Notes under the pieces: generated by a model | What the model saw: only the letters and a program-made list of their open reading frames with translations | Databases searched by the model: none | What the model was told of the DNA's origin: nothing | Part shown: one piece after another, positions 26,234-35,668 of the stretch | Layout of the letters: each line of letters starts with the position of its first letter | How positions within the stretch are numbered: position 1 is the stretch's first letter | Position numbers and translations under genes: made by a program | From: Strigamia acuminata | Taxonomy: Eukaryota | NCBI GenBank assembly: GCA_949358305.1 | Contig: OX442314.1 | Location: forward strand, 20,708,001 to 20,772,000 | Reading direction: 5' to 3' | DNA: 64,000 nt

Positions 26234-27582
26234 TAGGGATTGCAGTACCGGTTTCAGTATCGGTTCTAGTACCGGTATTAGTACCGGGATTCAGTACCAG
26301 TCTTGGTACCGAGGTTTTTTTTCTGTCGGTACTAAGGGCAGGTACTAGTACCGTAAGCTTTTCTTGGTACCAGAACCGTCACTCACACCGGAACCGGAAC
26401 CGGTACTTTCCATCATCATAAACAACACAACAACACCACCTACTACCAGCATTTCTAATGATGTAAGTGGTGACAAATTTTATTTCACTCGTTATTTACT
26501 CCTTTTAAATTAACTTGGAAATAGTAATAATTGCAAATGGCTGAACTAGAACAGCAAGCATTTGAATATGGCACAAAAAAGACTTGTACTAAATTTCCAA
26601 ATCTGGTGCCACAACTTCAAACCCCAATATCTCAACAACCTGACCACGGATTTTTTTATTTAAAAAACCAAACGATATAGAGGACTTTCTCCTCTACAAA
26701 CCCTAAAAGGCAGAACACTCTACCTTTCTTGGTTTTCGAGCGGCGACCATTTGAATTTGACGCAACTGAAATTACAAAACCCAAATCTTCCAAGTTTTTA
26801 GCATTTTTGATTTCAGCGTTTTTGATTTCAATGTTTTTGTTTTCCGCATTTTTGTAATTCAGCATTTTATGTTTTCAGCATTGTTGCGTTTCAGAGTTTT
26901 TGATTTTCGTGCTTGCTACACAATGGATCCCCAAAGGCTTCCAAGCAGGCTCCCCAGCAGGCTCCCCAACCCAATGTTTAAGTGTCCACTACGAGAAAAC
27001 TAAGAGGGGTAGAGTGTTGTGCCTTTCAGGGTTTGTAGAGAAGGTCCTCTATATCGTTTGGTTATTTAAATAAAAAAATCCATGATCAGGTTGTTGAGAT
27101 ATTGAGGTTTGAAGTTGTGGCACCAGATTTGGAAATTTAGTACAAGTCTTTTTTGTGCCATATTCAAATGCTTGCTGCTCGAAAACTAAGAGTAGAGACT
27201 TGTGCTGTTCACAGTTTGTTTAAGAGAAAGTCCTCTATCTTTTCCTGTAAAAACCATTGAAATCCGTGCTAAAAAAAAAATTGGGATTTGTTCTATCTGT
27301 AGTTTGGGCAAATGTGAATTTGGTGTCAACTTCAGCCTGGTGAATAAATTGTAGTACTACAGTATTATCTAATAATACATGACAAACAAATATTTTTGTT
27401 GAGAAATAGATTGACTATCCAGAACCGGTACCAATACCGGTGCCAGTACCGCTTTCGGTAGTAGTACCGGCCCAATACCGGTGCCCATTTTTCATTTGGA
27501 ACCGGAACCGAATATAGTACCGGAAAAAAATTTCAGTACCGAATACCGGTACCATGTAAACCGTCCGGTACTGCAATCCCTA
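26234..27582. mobile_element. Non-autonomous hAT DNA transposon (1349 bp)
   Basis: Perfect 18-bp TIRs TAGGGATTGCAGTACCGG at 26234-26251 and 27565-27582. Perfect 8-bp TSD CTTTGCAG at 26226-26233 and 27583-27590. Dense subterminal GTACC/ACCGG motifs at both ends. No transposase ORF. Confidence 0.95.
26552..27177. repeat. Internal inverted repeat (arms about 185 bp) within the hAT element
   Basis: 26552-26737 is the reverse complement of 26995-27177 with scattered mismatches. The spacer holds about seven degenerate 15-bp units (TTCAGCATTTTTGAT-like) at 26796-26907. Confidence 0.9.
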
Positions 27583-30012
27583 CTTTGCAGATCCATTGCT
27601 TGAAAGCGTACAATTAAATTCAATGGGCATCCTCAAGCAGTTTAGTATCCCCATTCCAGACGCCAATTAAAGGCATGCAGATTTAAATAACATCAGAAAG
27701 CCACTACCTACAGCTATTAACTAACTCCAAAGTAAGCAGAACAATGCAATAACCACAATTGTCAAGATGGGAACTACTTAATAAGCCCTTGTTGTGTCGT
27801 TGATCCTAACGTGAACTTTAACTGAGATTTAGCATTTGAAAAAGTGTTTATTTTAAATGACATGTCACTTCATCCACATTAACCCGAAAAGACCCCATTT
27901 TATGAGCCACCTCCTACAAAATGCTGCTTGAGCTACTCTATGAACTTCATTCTGCGCCCTTGTAAATAGTCCCTCACGTGACATATTCCGCTCAACTTCA
28001 CTCGCCACATTCAGTCAGATTCGCTCTTTGAATAGAAATTGCATCAGACACCTCATTCTGCTCACAATCTCAGTGAACAACAAACAAAAATAAGCATTTT
28101 TTTTAAATGTATTACAAATTCTAATTGAAAGATGAGAAACCCATAATCTTGTAATTTATTAGCACGGGAAATGCGTTTATTTTTCATTTTTCACTTTCTC
28201 AATACGTACAAATTTTTTATTTCTTGAAAAGAACAAAAATCATTAAAAAAGATATTTTGAAAATATACATAAAAGGGTTAGCAACACTGGGCTGCTGGCA
28301 AAGTGAGATAAAAGAAAGTAAAGGCTTCGTTCGGTTCAATCTGCCAACTTGCAGCCTCATCCCGATTAAACTGCAGAAACGGATACCAGAGAAACTTACA
28401 TCCACGCTTCAATGGGCACCCACATCGAGACGAAAAAAAGTTTCACGGATCTCAATCAAAATCCAAGACCAAGTCTTTTTTTTAACTCTTACTTTTTTTT
28501 TCTCTGTTTATTTTTTTTATTATAATACTCGTCCTCAACGGCAAAAAAAAAATTAAAAACTCTTCAATTTCTTCCGCTAAAACTAATCCCAGAATCAATT
28601 AATTGAAGACTTTATACAAACTCATTTGTTAGAATTAATAACTGAAGTGACATAAATTAATTTTTTTTTAATTTTTTCCTTTCTTAAAACCTTCAAATGT
28701 AAATGATAAATGGCAACGATTTTTAATCATAATTGCACTAAAAAAAATACACTCTGATTTTATAATTCCCTAAATCTCTTTAAATTTAAGTTTTACTCCT
28801 TTAGTTTCTTATGCATTTAAAACTTTTTCTTCTAATGGAACCAAAATTAAAACATTTAATACTTTTATCTTTAAAGAAGAAAAAAAAAATCATATATTAA
28901 TAACATAAAATTTCCCAAGCTTGCAAAATTCCTATCAATTTAAGACCCTACTTAAAAATGCAAGAAACTAGTTGAGAACAAAATGAGGACAAGATTCTGT
29001 TCAAGTAAAACCATCAATCACCTGTACGTCACAAACTGGAGACATTAAACTGCCATCCCGCTCCCTCAACCCATCCACCCCCTTTACTTTATCATCATTC
29101 ATTATCACACCATCAATCATGTTTCCACAATACGACACACAACCATACAATGACACAAACTGACGTAATAAATTATTCATACACAATTTTTACCCTTCTT
29201 TTAAGACAACAATACGTTTCTAGTGGAATGCTTTAGGTCGTATCAACAATTTCATTAAAAAAGATTTCCACACAATAAGACAATACCCACCCCGTCCCCA
29301 GCTCGAAAAATTCAATAGAAAAAATATTTATATCAAAAAGTGTCAAATTTTGCCAACAGGTTTACTTCCCCCGCTGTAATTCTTGTGTTACACCATTTTT
29401 TTACGCTCTTTATTAATCTGTCATTAAACATATTCGTGTAATGCATATTTAATTCCGCAGCTTATGGTTTAATTTACGACATGCATAATTAGGCTTATCT
29501 TTGCATTTAGGATTTAATTAAACCCATTTCCATTTTTGCCAACTCGGGCTCATCGAGTCCATCAATTTTCGCATAAAAATAAAAACAACAAACAAAAATT
29601 AAAACGTCACTTATCATTTGCACAATTGAACAGTAAACTTAATTAATTTATATTTTTTTAATTATTAAAGAAGCACAGTTATTGCAAAGACTTTAAACCC
29701 ACATCATTTTGATTAAAAATTTAACTTTTTTTTACCAAAATTTCATACTAACCAGCATTTTACGCAACATAATTAAACTAAATTTTTACGTTTAGAAAAT
29801 ATAAACAAGTTTAAATGACTATGAATGCGCCTACTATTTAAATCATCCAAGCTGCTATTTAAACAAATCTACCGGTGTTCTTTAAAATAAACTCTCGATC
29901 ACATTATTCACATAACAAGCCAAGCAGAAAGCCCGCGAAGTTTCTAACAAGTAAGTGAAATAAAAAGATCCGCTATTAGTACAAGAAGATTGAACAAATC
30001 AACACTATTTTG

Positions 30013-30246
30013 CAATTGGACGATTCGCAGCTACGTGGATTTTGCCTTCGCAGTGTGTATTTTCTTTTTGTAGAGTGTATTTTGCCCCCGTGATGTATAA
30101 TTTTTGCTCTTGTACAAATAAATTTTGCTTTTGCAGAGTATATTTTTCTTTCAAAAGTATAATTTGCCTTTCAAATGTGTAATTTGCCTTTGCAGTGTGT
30201 ACTGTACAGCTTAAGTGCATTTCACCACTTGTAGCTACCCCAATTG
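30013..30246. repeat. Degenerate 21-bp tandem array with imperfect inverted flanks (MITE-like)
   Basis: About eight units resembling TATTTTGCCTTTGCAGTGTG, flanked by CAATTGG...AGCTACGTGG and CCACTTGTAGCTACCCCAATTG. Confidence 0.65.
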
Positions 30247-30449
30247 TCATTTTTGAGTGAAAAGAATGGAACGAGCCAATTACTCAGCGGAACAGTGAAT
30301 GCAGTATACGTGCGCATGCGTAATCAATGTGTATGCTTGCGTCAGTATACTCAGGAAAGAAAAATAATTTTTTCCCTAGTCTAAATACAAAATACAAACA
30401 ATGCAACAACATACAAACAATCATTAGATGCATTCATAAACACATGTTC

Positions 30450-30627
30450 ATGTTTTGTTGTTTAAATATTGTGCGCATGCCAACTGACTTGTGAGACTGA
30501 AAACGGACTATCGTATATCTGCCGCCGTTTTTGAAGTTAGATCGAGACAAGCAATTTAAAAAGCAGTTTAGACAAGTTAAAAATGCTTTTTAGTCTAAAT
30601 TACTTTATGAAATGAATGCACCTCCTG
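30450..30627 (+). repeat. Dispersed repeat family A, copy 2 (longest)
   Basis: TGTTTAAATATTGTGCGCATGCC...GACTGAAAACGGACTA...GCCGCCGTTTTTGAAGTTAGATCGA...AAAAATGCT-TTTAGTCTA matches copies at 9.6 and 37.2 kb. Confidence 0.85.
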
Positions 30628-31995
30628 CTAAATCGTCGATATTGTGGTCTGATTGAATCTCAATCCTACGCAACCACATTAGGACTGATCAAGGTAAACC
30701 GCTACATAAAAACATTTCAGCAGTTGATTCAACCGCCTATCTAAAGGATTATCTGTGTTTAGACGTAAGAACACATTGGAAACTACTTTCCACTCACATT
30801 GCTGCATCTTGATTAGTTCGAAAGACTTCCCTTTGATCGGTGCTCACACATCGTGCCAAACAACCAGAATCGTTTTTCCGCCACAGTCATTTTATGAATT
30901 ACATCATTTCCTTATTTCTATGTCTTATTCCTTCTGGCTGTAATTGTTTTATGATTTCAAGAATGCTTCATTTGCGTGGCAATCAGCTATACAGACGAAC
31001 ATCATGTAAAATAGCTTGCAAAAATCGCATATTTGACCTTTTGTGTCACCCCAAAACACTTTTTGTACTAACAAAAGTTAGGAAAAAAATCATATTCTAA
31101 TGAGACACTACTAAGTAAGTAAATTTCCTAAAGAATATCTAAATAAAAGTTGTAAACTTTCGATTAAAGCTATCATTTGAAATTTAATGGTCCTCACTGC
31201 AATAAACTTTTAATCCTATTCAAATAGCACAACTTCCAAATGCTTTTATTATGCCAATAAATAAATACCATTCACATCTTCTTCTCATACAGCAGTCACC
31301 CCATCCCAAACAAAAAAAAAAGAAGAAGAAAAAAAAACCCCTACAGTATTTCCATCGCATCAAAAACATGCACAAAATGCAATAAAAATGCACATGTGTT
31401 TTTACGATATTGAAAACCTCTAAAACGCAGATCAGCACTCCAATTTTATTGTTATCAATTTTTTCATTCGTCGTCTCAAAACATATTTTTTTCCGTTTGT
31501 CTTTCTAATTTTAAACTAGACAAAGCCAAACACAAGAATATAAATAAAGCATCGTTTGCATACGGAAAAAGTCATTAAAAACAATGACGTCAATTCACAA
31601 CACAGAATGGAAATGTGCCCATTTGGACGCCTGCACCGGAAGTCAAGGCCCATAACTAATGCGGGAGCCGTGAGGCTCAACTTCCTTCATTAGTTATCTT
31701 CAAGGGGCTCAATTGTGGCCATTCTCATGCTAAAAGTGTTTTCAGTCCGCATTATTGAAATGGATCATGTGACCACTTCACTCGCTCATTACTCAACCCC
31801 AACTCGACTACCATTTTCGACCTAAATTTAGATTTATTTCCACCAATTCTCTCTCTGGGAGGATTAACACTTCCACTGTTTTACAACACAAAAACACTTT
31901 TGTAATGAATCAAAGGTTAAATACCCTGTTTTGCATAATCAATGGTTTAAACAACACTTAAAAGCTCTTTTCAGTCAGTAACGTACGTGCATGTT

Positions 31996-32563
31996 AAAAC
32001 AAGCTGGGATTTGTAATGCAGGGAAGCATTACATATTAGACTTCTAAACCCTGTCCTTTTGTCCCTAAATAAAACACCGAAATAAAAGAAAAGTAATTTA
32101 AAAAAAAAAAAAATTTTTTTTTTTTGCCAATATAAAGCAACAACAAACAAAATCCCACCAAAATTTGAAATGATATGCTGCGGAATTGTTGCATCCGGGG
32201 TTTGCTACAATCGGGAAATAAATCGCGCGGAAAACGTATCGCAACGTATGGCTCACGGGATCCGCCAGGTGGCGCTAGTACAATGTTACAACTTCCTGTG
32301 CAGGACGGAAGTAGTATTATTAGACGGCTAAAAGTGCACTAAAACCGGTTTATTAATTCAACCGGAGGTCCGAGAAATCTGAAAATACCTTACAATACTA
32401 ATATAAGCATGCTGAATTTAATGCCGTTGTCCGTTTTGCTCTAGCTGCTATAGTTTTTGCGGAATCGTTGACGACGGACGGACGGACGGACGGACGGACG
32501 GACGGACAGACAGACAGAACCGTTTCATGAGACTTTCTAAACATCAGGTTTAGAAGTCTAAAA
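31996..32563 (-). mobile_element. DINE-1/HINE-like non-autonomous Helentron element
   Basis: 14-bp subterminal inverted repeats TTAGACTTCTAAAC (32036-32049 and 32548-32561); partial inverted copy at 32530-32542; (GTCY)n microsatellite at 32473-32517 near the 5' end; 3' stem-loop TGTAATGC-6nt-GCATTACA at 32012-32033; 3' terminus CTTGTTTT; T-tract insertion with no TSD. Confidence 0.9.
32262..32279 (+). promoter_or_regulatory. CTCF-like binding motif inside the HINE element
   Basis: CCGCCAGGTGGCGCTAGT fits the CTCF core CC(A/G)C(C/T)AG(A/G)(G/T)GGCGC. Confidence 0.55.
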
Positions 32564-32690
32564 CAGCGAAACACTGATTTATTACAAATCAAACAAGATG
32601 GCGAACAATGGAAGTTTACGGTAGTCAATCCGTAAACCCCTTACAGTAACGGGGTGCCCCCTTACGATACGGAAGTAAACTGAAAGTCAC
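32564..32690 (+). repeat. Dispersed repeat family C, right part of the copy split by the HINE
   Basis: Continues the alignment to 2915-3035; the left part lies at 31973-31995. Confidence 0.85.
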
Positions 32691-32728
32691 AGCCCTTAAA
32701 AAAAATTAAATTCTGAAATTAACCCTTG

Positions 32729-32860
32729 TGTGAGCGATAGCTCCCCCTGGGGGTCATTTCGAGACTTGTTCTATCTTTTGTATGATTGGTTCTAGGTTTT
32801 ATGAATAAATCAGTCTAGTTTAGACAATCATCTTGATCGGTTGTCTTTATCATTCTCACA
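32729..32860 (+). repeat. 5' LTR (132 bp)
   Basis: TG...CA ends with a 6-bp terminal inverted repeat; AATAAA at 32804-32809 immediately followed by initiator-like TCAGTC. Confidence 0.97.
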
Positions 32861-32871
32861 TGGCGCAGTCG
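32861..32871 (+). promoter_or_regulatory. Primer binding site, tRNA-Ser type
   Basis: TGGCGCAGTCG is complementary to ...CGACUGCGCCA, the 3' end of insect-type tRNA-Ser as used by Drosophila 17.6/297-like elements (from recall). Confidence 0.8.
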
Positions 32872-33161
32872 ACATAAAAAGACTTTGGGGAAGGTGAAAT
32901 AGTTGAAACAGTTGGAAATTGATGACGGCGATTTGGATGAAGAGCGCGTGGGCTTAACATTTTCGAAAATCGAGTTGCGGAGAAATTTGGGGACGGAGAC
33001 GAAGGAGACGACGCGCGTTACACGTGGAAAACGTCCAGATAACGTTCGATTTGGAGACGGAGACGTATATAAGCAGTTGAAAAGTTGTTGGTGATCATTG
33101 TCGGTGGTTGACGAGATCGGTGATTGTTGTTGAAAATTTTGCGAAACACGTGGCGGACGTA

Positions 33162-35603
33162 ATGGCGGAAAATTTGGCGGTAATTTTGCAGGGATGTCGT
33201 TCGTCGCTTTTGTCCGTCGTCGAGGACGTCCTGAACGTATTCACGGTGACGATTTTGAAAGGAGAAATCGACAGGCGCGGATTGGAATCGACGAGCAATT
33301 TGAAGCAAGACTTGATGTCGGTACTTTTGCAAAATAACAAGGAAATCGTTGCGTTTGAGGCGGCGGAGGCGGAGAGAATCGCGGCGGAGAAGTTGGTGGA
33401 AGACGATGCGGAGATCGTAGAGAAAACGTCAGCGGAGGAATTGGCGAAAGAAAGGTTGGAGGCGGAGAAACTGGAAGCGGAGGAGGCGGCACGTCCGGCC
33501 GGCGGAAGTGGGGCATCGTCCGCCGAATTGATGGTTTTTCAAATGGCCGAGATGATGAAGATGTTGATGCGGGACAAGTCGGAGACGGCGGCGCGTAATG
33601 CGGAAACAGAGGCGCGTAATGCGGAGAAGGAGACGCGGAATTCGGAGTTGTTGGCACAAAATACTTTGGTGATGAACCGCCTCATCGCGTCCCAGTGTTC
33701 GCAGACGGGTCCCGCGACCACGGTGGTGCAGATGCACTCAACCGTCGACACCGTAAAAGCCATATCCTCTTTTTCGGGCGACGATAAGGAGAACGTGCAT
33801 TCGTGGGTGAAGGAGGTAAAACGCGTGGCGAAGCTTTCGGCCTGGACGGACGATCTGACGCTATTGAACGCAGCAACGAGGCTAGAAGGTCACGCCAGCG
33901 ACTGGCAGAAGACTGAAGGAAAGAAAATATCGAGTTTGGAGGGCTGGATGTGGGCTCTAGAAGATAGATTTAAGTGCCGCATGAACTTGAACGAATTCTT
34001 TGAAATGCAAAAGAAAAGAAAACTGGAAGCATCGGAGACGATCGTTCATTACATTTATTCAAAGAACACTTTACTAGAGCGTTGTGCGAGCCGTATAAGT
34101 GAATCGGATCGAGTGTCGATGATTTTGGGCGGAATTGGCGAGGAGTTGGTGTCGTTTCCGTTGGCATCTGGCAACATCGGTTCGGTTGAGGAGCTTTTAC
34201 ATCGCGCGAGGGGTTTGGACGGGGCGAGAAAAGTGAAGACAACGGACAAAAATAGTAGTAACGTCGAAGTTAAACGAGCAGCGGAGGACGTGGTGAGGGA
34301 ATCGACGAAGGAAGCATTTTCGGCGGCGTCGACGAACAAGAACTCACAACGTCACGTGCAATATAGATACGGGATGGATAAATCTACTCTCACGTGTTTT
34401 AAGTGCGGTAAGATCGGACACGTGTCTTTCGACTGTTTGTTGGCAAGTGCGGGAGCAGTTACGACGGAGAAAACGCCGGAGAAGGTTATAGCTTGTGTTG
34501 TCAAGACGAGGAAACCGGAGATGAATTTGACGGTCGTTGCGTGTAGTGTGGAGGAGTTTGACACGGACGTTGAGGCGCTGATTGATCCGGGCGCAAACTT
34601 GACAATTATCGACGGCAGATTTTTGAAAGACAATACGGAATTAAGAGCGAATAGATCGGGGGCCAGTTTTCATTCCGTCAATGGCCCGTTGGAGATCGAT
34701 GGATTTCTCGACATTTCGTTTCGTATTGGCGATATTCAATCGAGAATGAGGAATGTAGCAGTGTCGTCAGGTTTACCTTTTCCTATCATCGTAGGCACAG
34801 ACTGGCGTAGGCAAGAAGGTCTGAGGCTGATTTTGGAACCGAATGGCGACATGAATGTTTCAAGAGATCGCAGCAAGGTTCGGACTGTTGGTTGCGCAAT
34901 ATTCGAGAAAGAGGCGAACCGAGAAAACGTGTGTTTGTCACTGGTCGTGGAATATGACAAGATTTTGGACGTAGCAGACGACGACAAGGACGGAGAAGTT
35001 GACGAATTTGAAAAAAACGATCAAGTTGAAAACGAAAATGGCATTTTTGACAACAACGACGAAGAATTTGTTGAAAACGACGACGATCTTGGCGTGGAAT
35101 GCGGGAAGGAGAACTTAGAACTTGACGTTACGAAAATCGAGCTAGTTGCGATCGTAGAAAATGTGAATTTGGGAGAGGACAGATCAAAATTCGACGAAAC
35201 GGTTTCGGGGTTCAATGAAGTTGACGCGAAATATGGTGAGGAACACGACGAGAAAGGCGAGGAACACGATAAGAATGAGGCGAATGAAAATGAAGACGAA
35301 TCGAGTCACAAGGGCAAGATTGTACGAGAAAATTTGGAGCCGGGCTGGCTGGAGGACCTGGAGCTTAAGAGATATTTTGCCGAAGAACAGGAAAAGACTT
35401 TGACGGGAGAGACGGACTCGACAAAGATGAGCGAGGAGTTATCGGAGGCTTGTTGTGCATTAGAAAATCGCATTGTATCGAAATTGTTGAATTTTTTGTT
35501 TTGTTGTCGAGGGCGACAACCCAAAAAGGGGGGTCGTGTGAGCGATAGCTCCCCCTGGGGGTCATTTCGAGACTTGTTCTATCTTTTGTATGATTGGTTC
35601 TAG
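33162..35603 (+). CDS. gag: Gag (capsid + CCHC zinc knuckle) - aspartic protease - acidic tail polyprotein, 813 aa from the first ATG
   Basis: Capsid-like segment (ISSFSGDDKENVHSWVKEV...RLEGHASDW...ETIVHYIYSKNTLLERC); CFKCGKIGHVSFDC at 34395-34436; protease ALIDPGANLTII (D at 34584) and IIVGTDW; D/E-rich C-terminus; stop inside the 3' LTR. The track start at 33108 is a TTG; the first in-frame ATG is 33162. Confidence 0.92.
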   Translation: MAENLAVILQGCRSSLLSVVEDVLNVFTVTILKGEIDRRGLESTSNLKQDLMSVLLQNNKEIVAFEAAEAERIAAEKLVEDDAEIVEKTSAEELAKERLEAEKLEAEEAARPAGGSGASSAELMVFQMAEMMKMLMRDKSETAARNAETEARNAEKETRNSELLAQNTLVMNRLIASQCSQTGPATTVVQMHSTVDTVKAISSFSGDDKENVHSWVKEVKRVAKLSAWTDDLTLLNAATRLEGHASDWQKTEGKKISSLEGWMWALEDRFKCRMNLNEFFEMQKKRKLEASETIVHYIYSKNTLLERCASRISESDRVSMILGGIGEELVSFPLASGNIGSVEELLHRARGLDGARKVKTTDKNSSNVEVKRAAEDVVRESTKEAFSAASTNKNSQRHVQYRYGMDKSTLTCFKCGKIGHVSFDCLLASAGAVTTEKTPEKVIACVVKTRKPEMNLTVVACSVEEFDTDVEALIDPGANLTIIDGRFLKDNTELRANRSGASFHSVNGPLEIDGFLDISFRIGDIQSRMRNVAVSSGLPFPIIVGTDWRRQEGLRLILEPNGDMNVSRDRSKVRTVGCAIFEKEANRENVCLSLVVEYDKILDVADDDKDGEVDEFEKNDQVENENGIFDNNDEEFVENDDDLGVECGKENLELDVTKIELVAIVENVNLGEDRSKFDETVSGFNEVDAKYGEEHDEKGEEHDKNEANENEDESSHKGKIVRENLEPGWLEDLELKRYFAEEQEKTLTGETDSTKMSEELSEACCALENRIVSKLLNFLFCCRGRQPKKGGRVSDSSPWGSFRDLFYLLYDWF
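35523..35533 (+). promoter_or_regulatory. Polypurine tract
   Basis: AAAAAGGGGGG ending 3 nt before the 3' LTR. Confidence 0.9.
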
Positions 35604-35668
35604 GTTTTATGAATAAATCAGTCTAGTTTAGACAATCATCTTGATCGGTTGTCTTTATCATTCTCACA
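35537..35668 (+). repeat. 3' LTR (132 bp)
   Basis: Identical to the 5' LTR by eye; followed by TSD CCTTG. Confidence 0.97.

Larger units (their letters stand above)
32729..35668 (+). mobile_element. Ty3/Gypsy-type non-autonomous LTR retrotransposon encoding Gag-protease only (2940 bp)
   Basis: Two identical 132-bp LTRs (TGTGAG...CTCACA), 5-bp TSD CCTTG (32724-32728 and 35669-35673), PBS directly after the 5' LTR, PPT before the 3' LTR, and one long ORF. Confidence 0.97.

Noticed and set aside
26796..26907. CRISPR-like reading of short periodic repeats (also at 30.0 and 62.9 kb)
   Set aside because: Units are tandem without unique spacers, the context is eukaryotic, and there are no cas genes.
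33018..35565. Many antisense and alternate-frame ORFs over the gag ORF
   Set aside because: Expected shadows of a GC-richer coding sequence; no recognisable domains.
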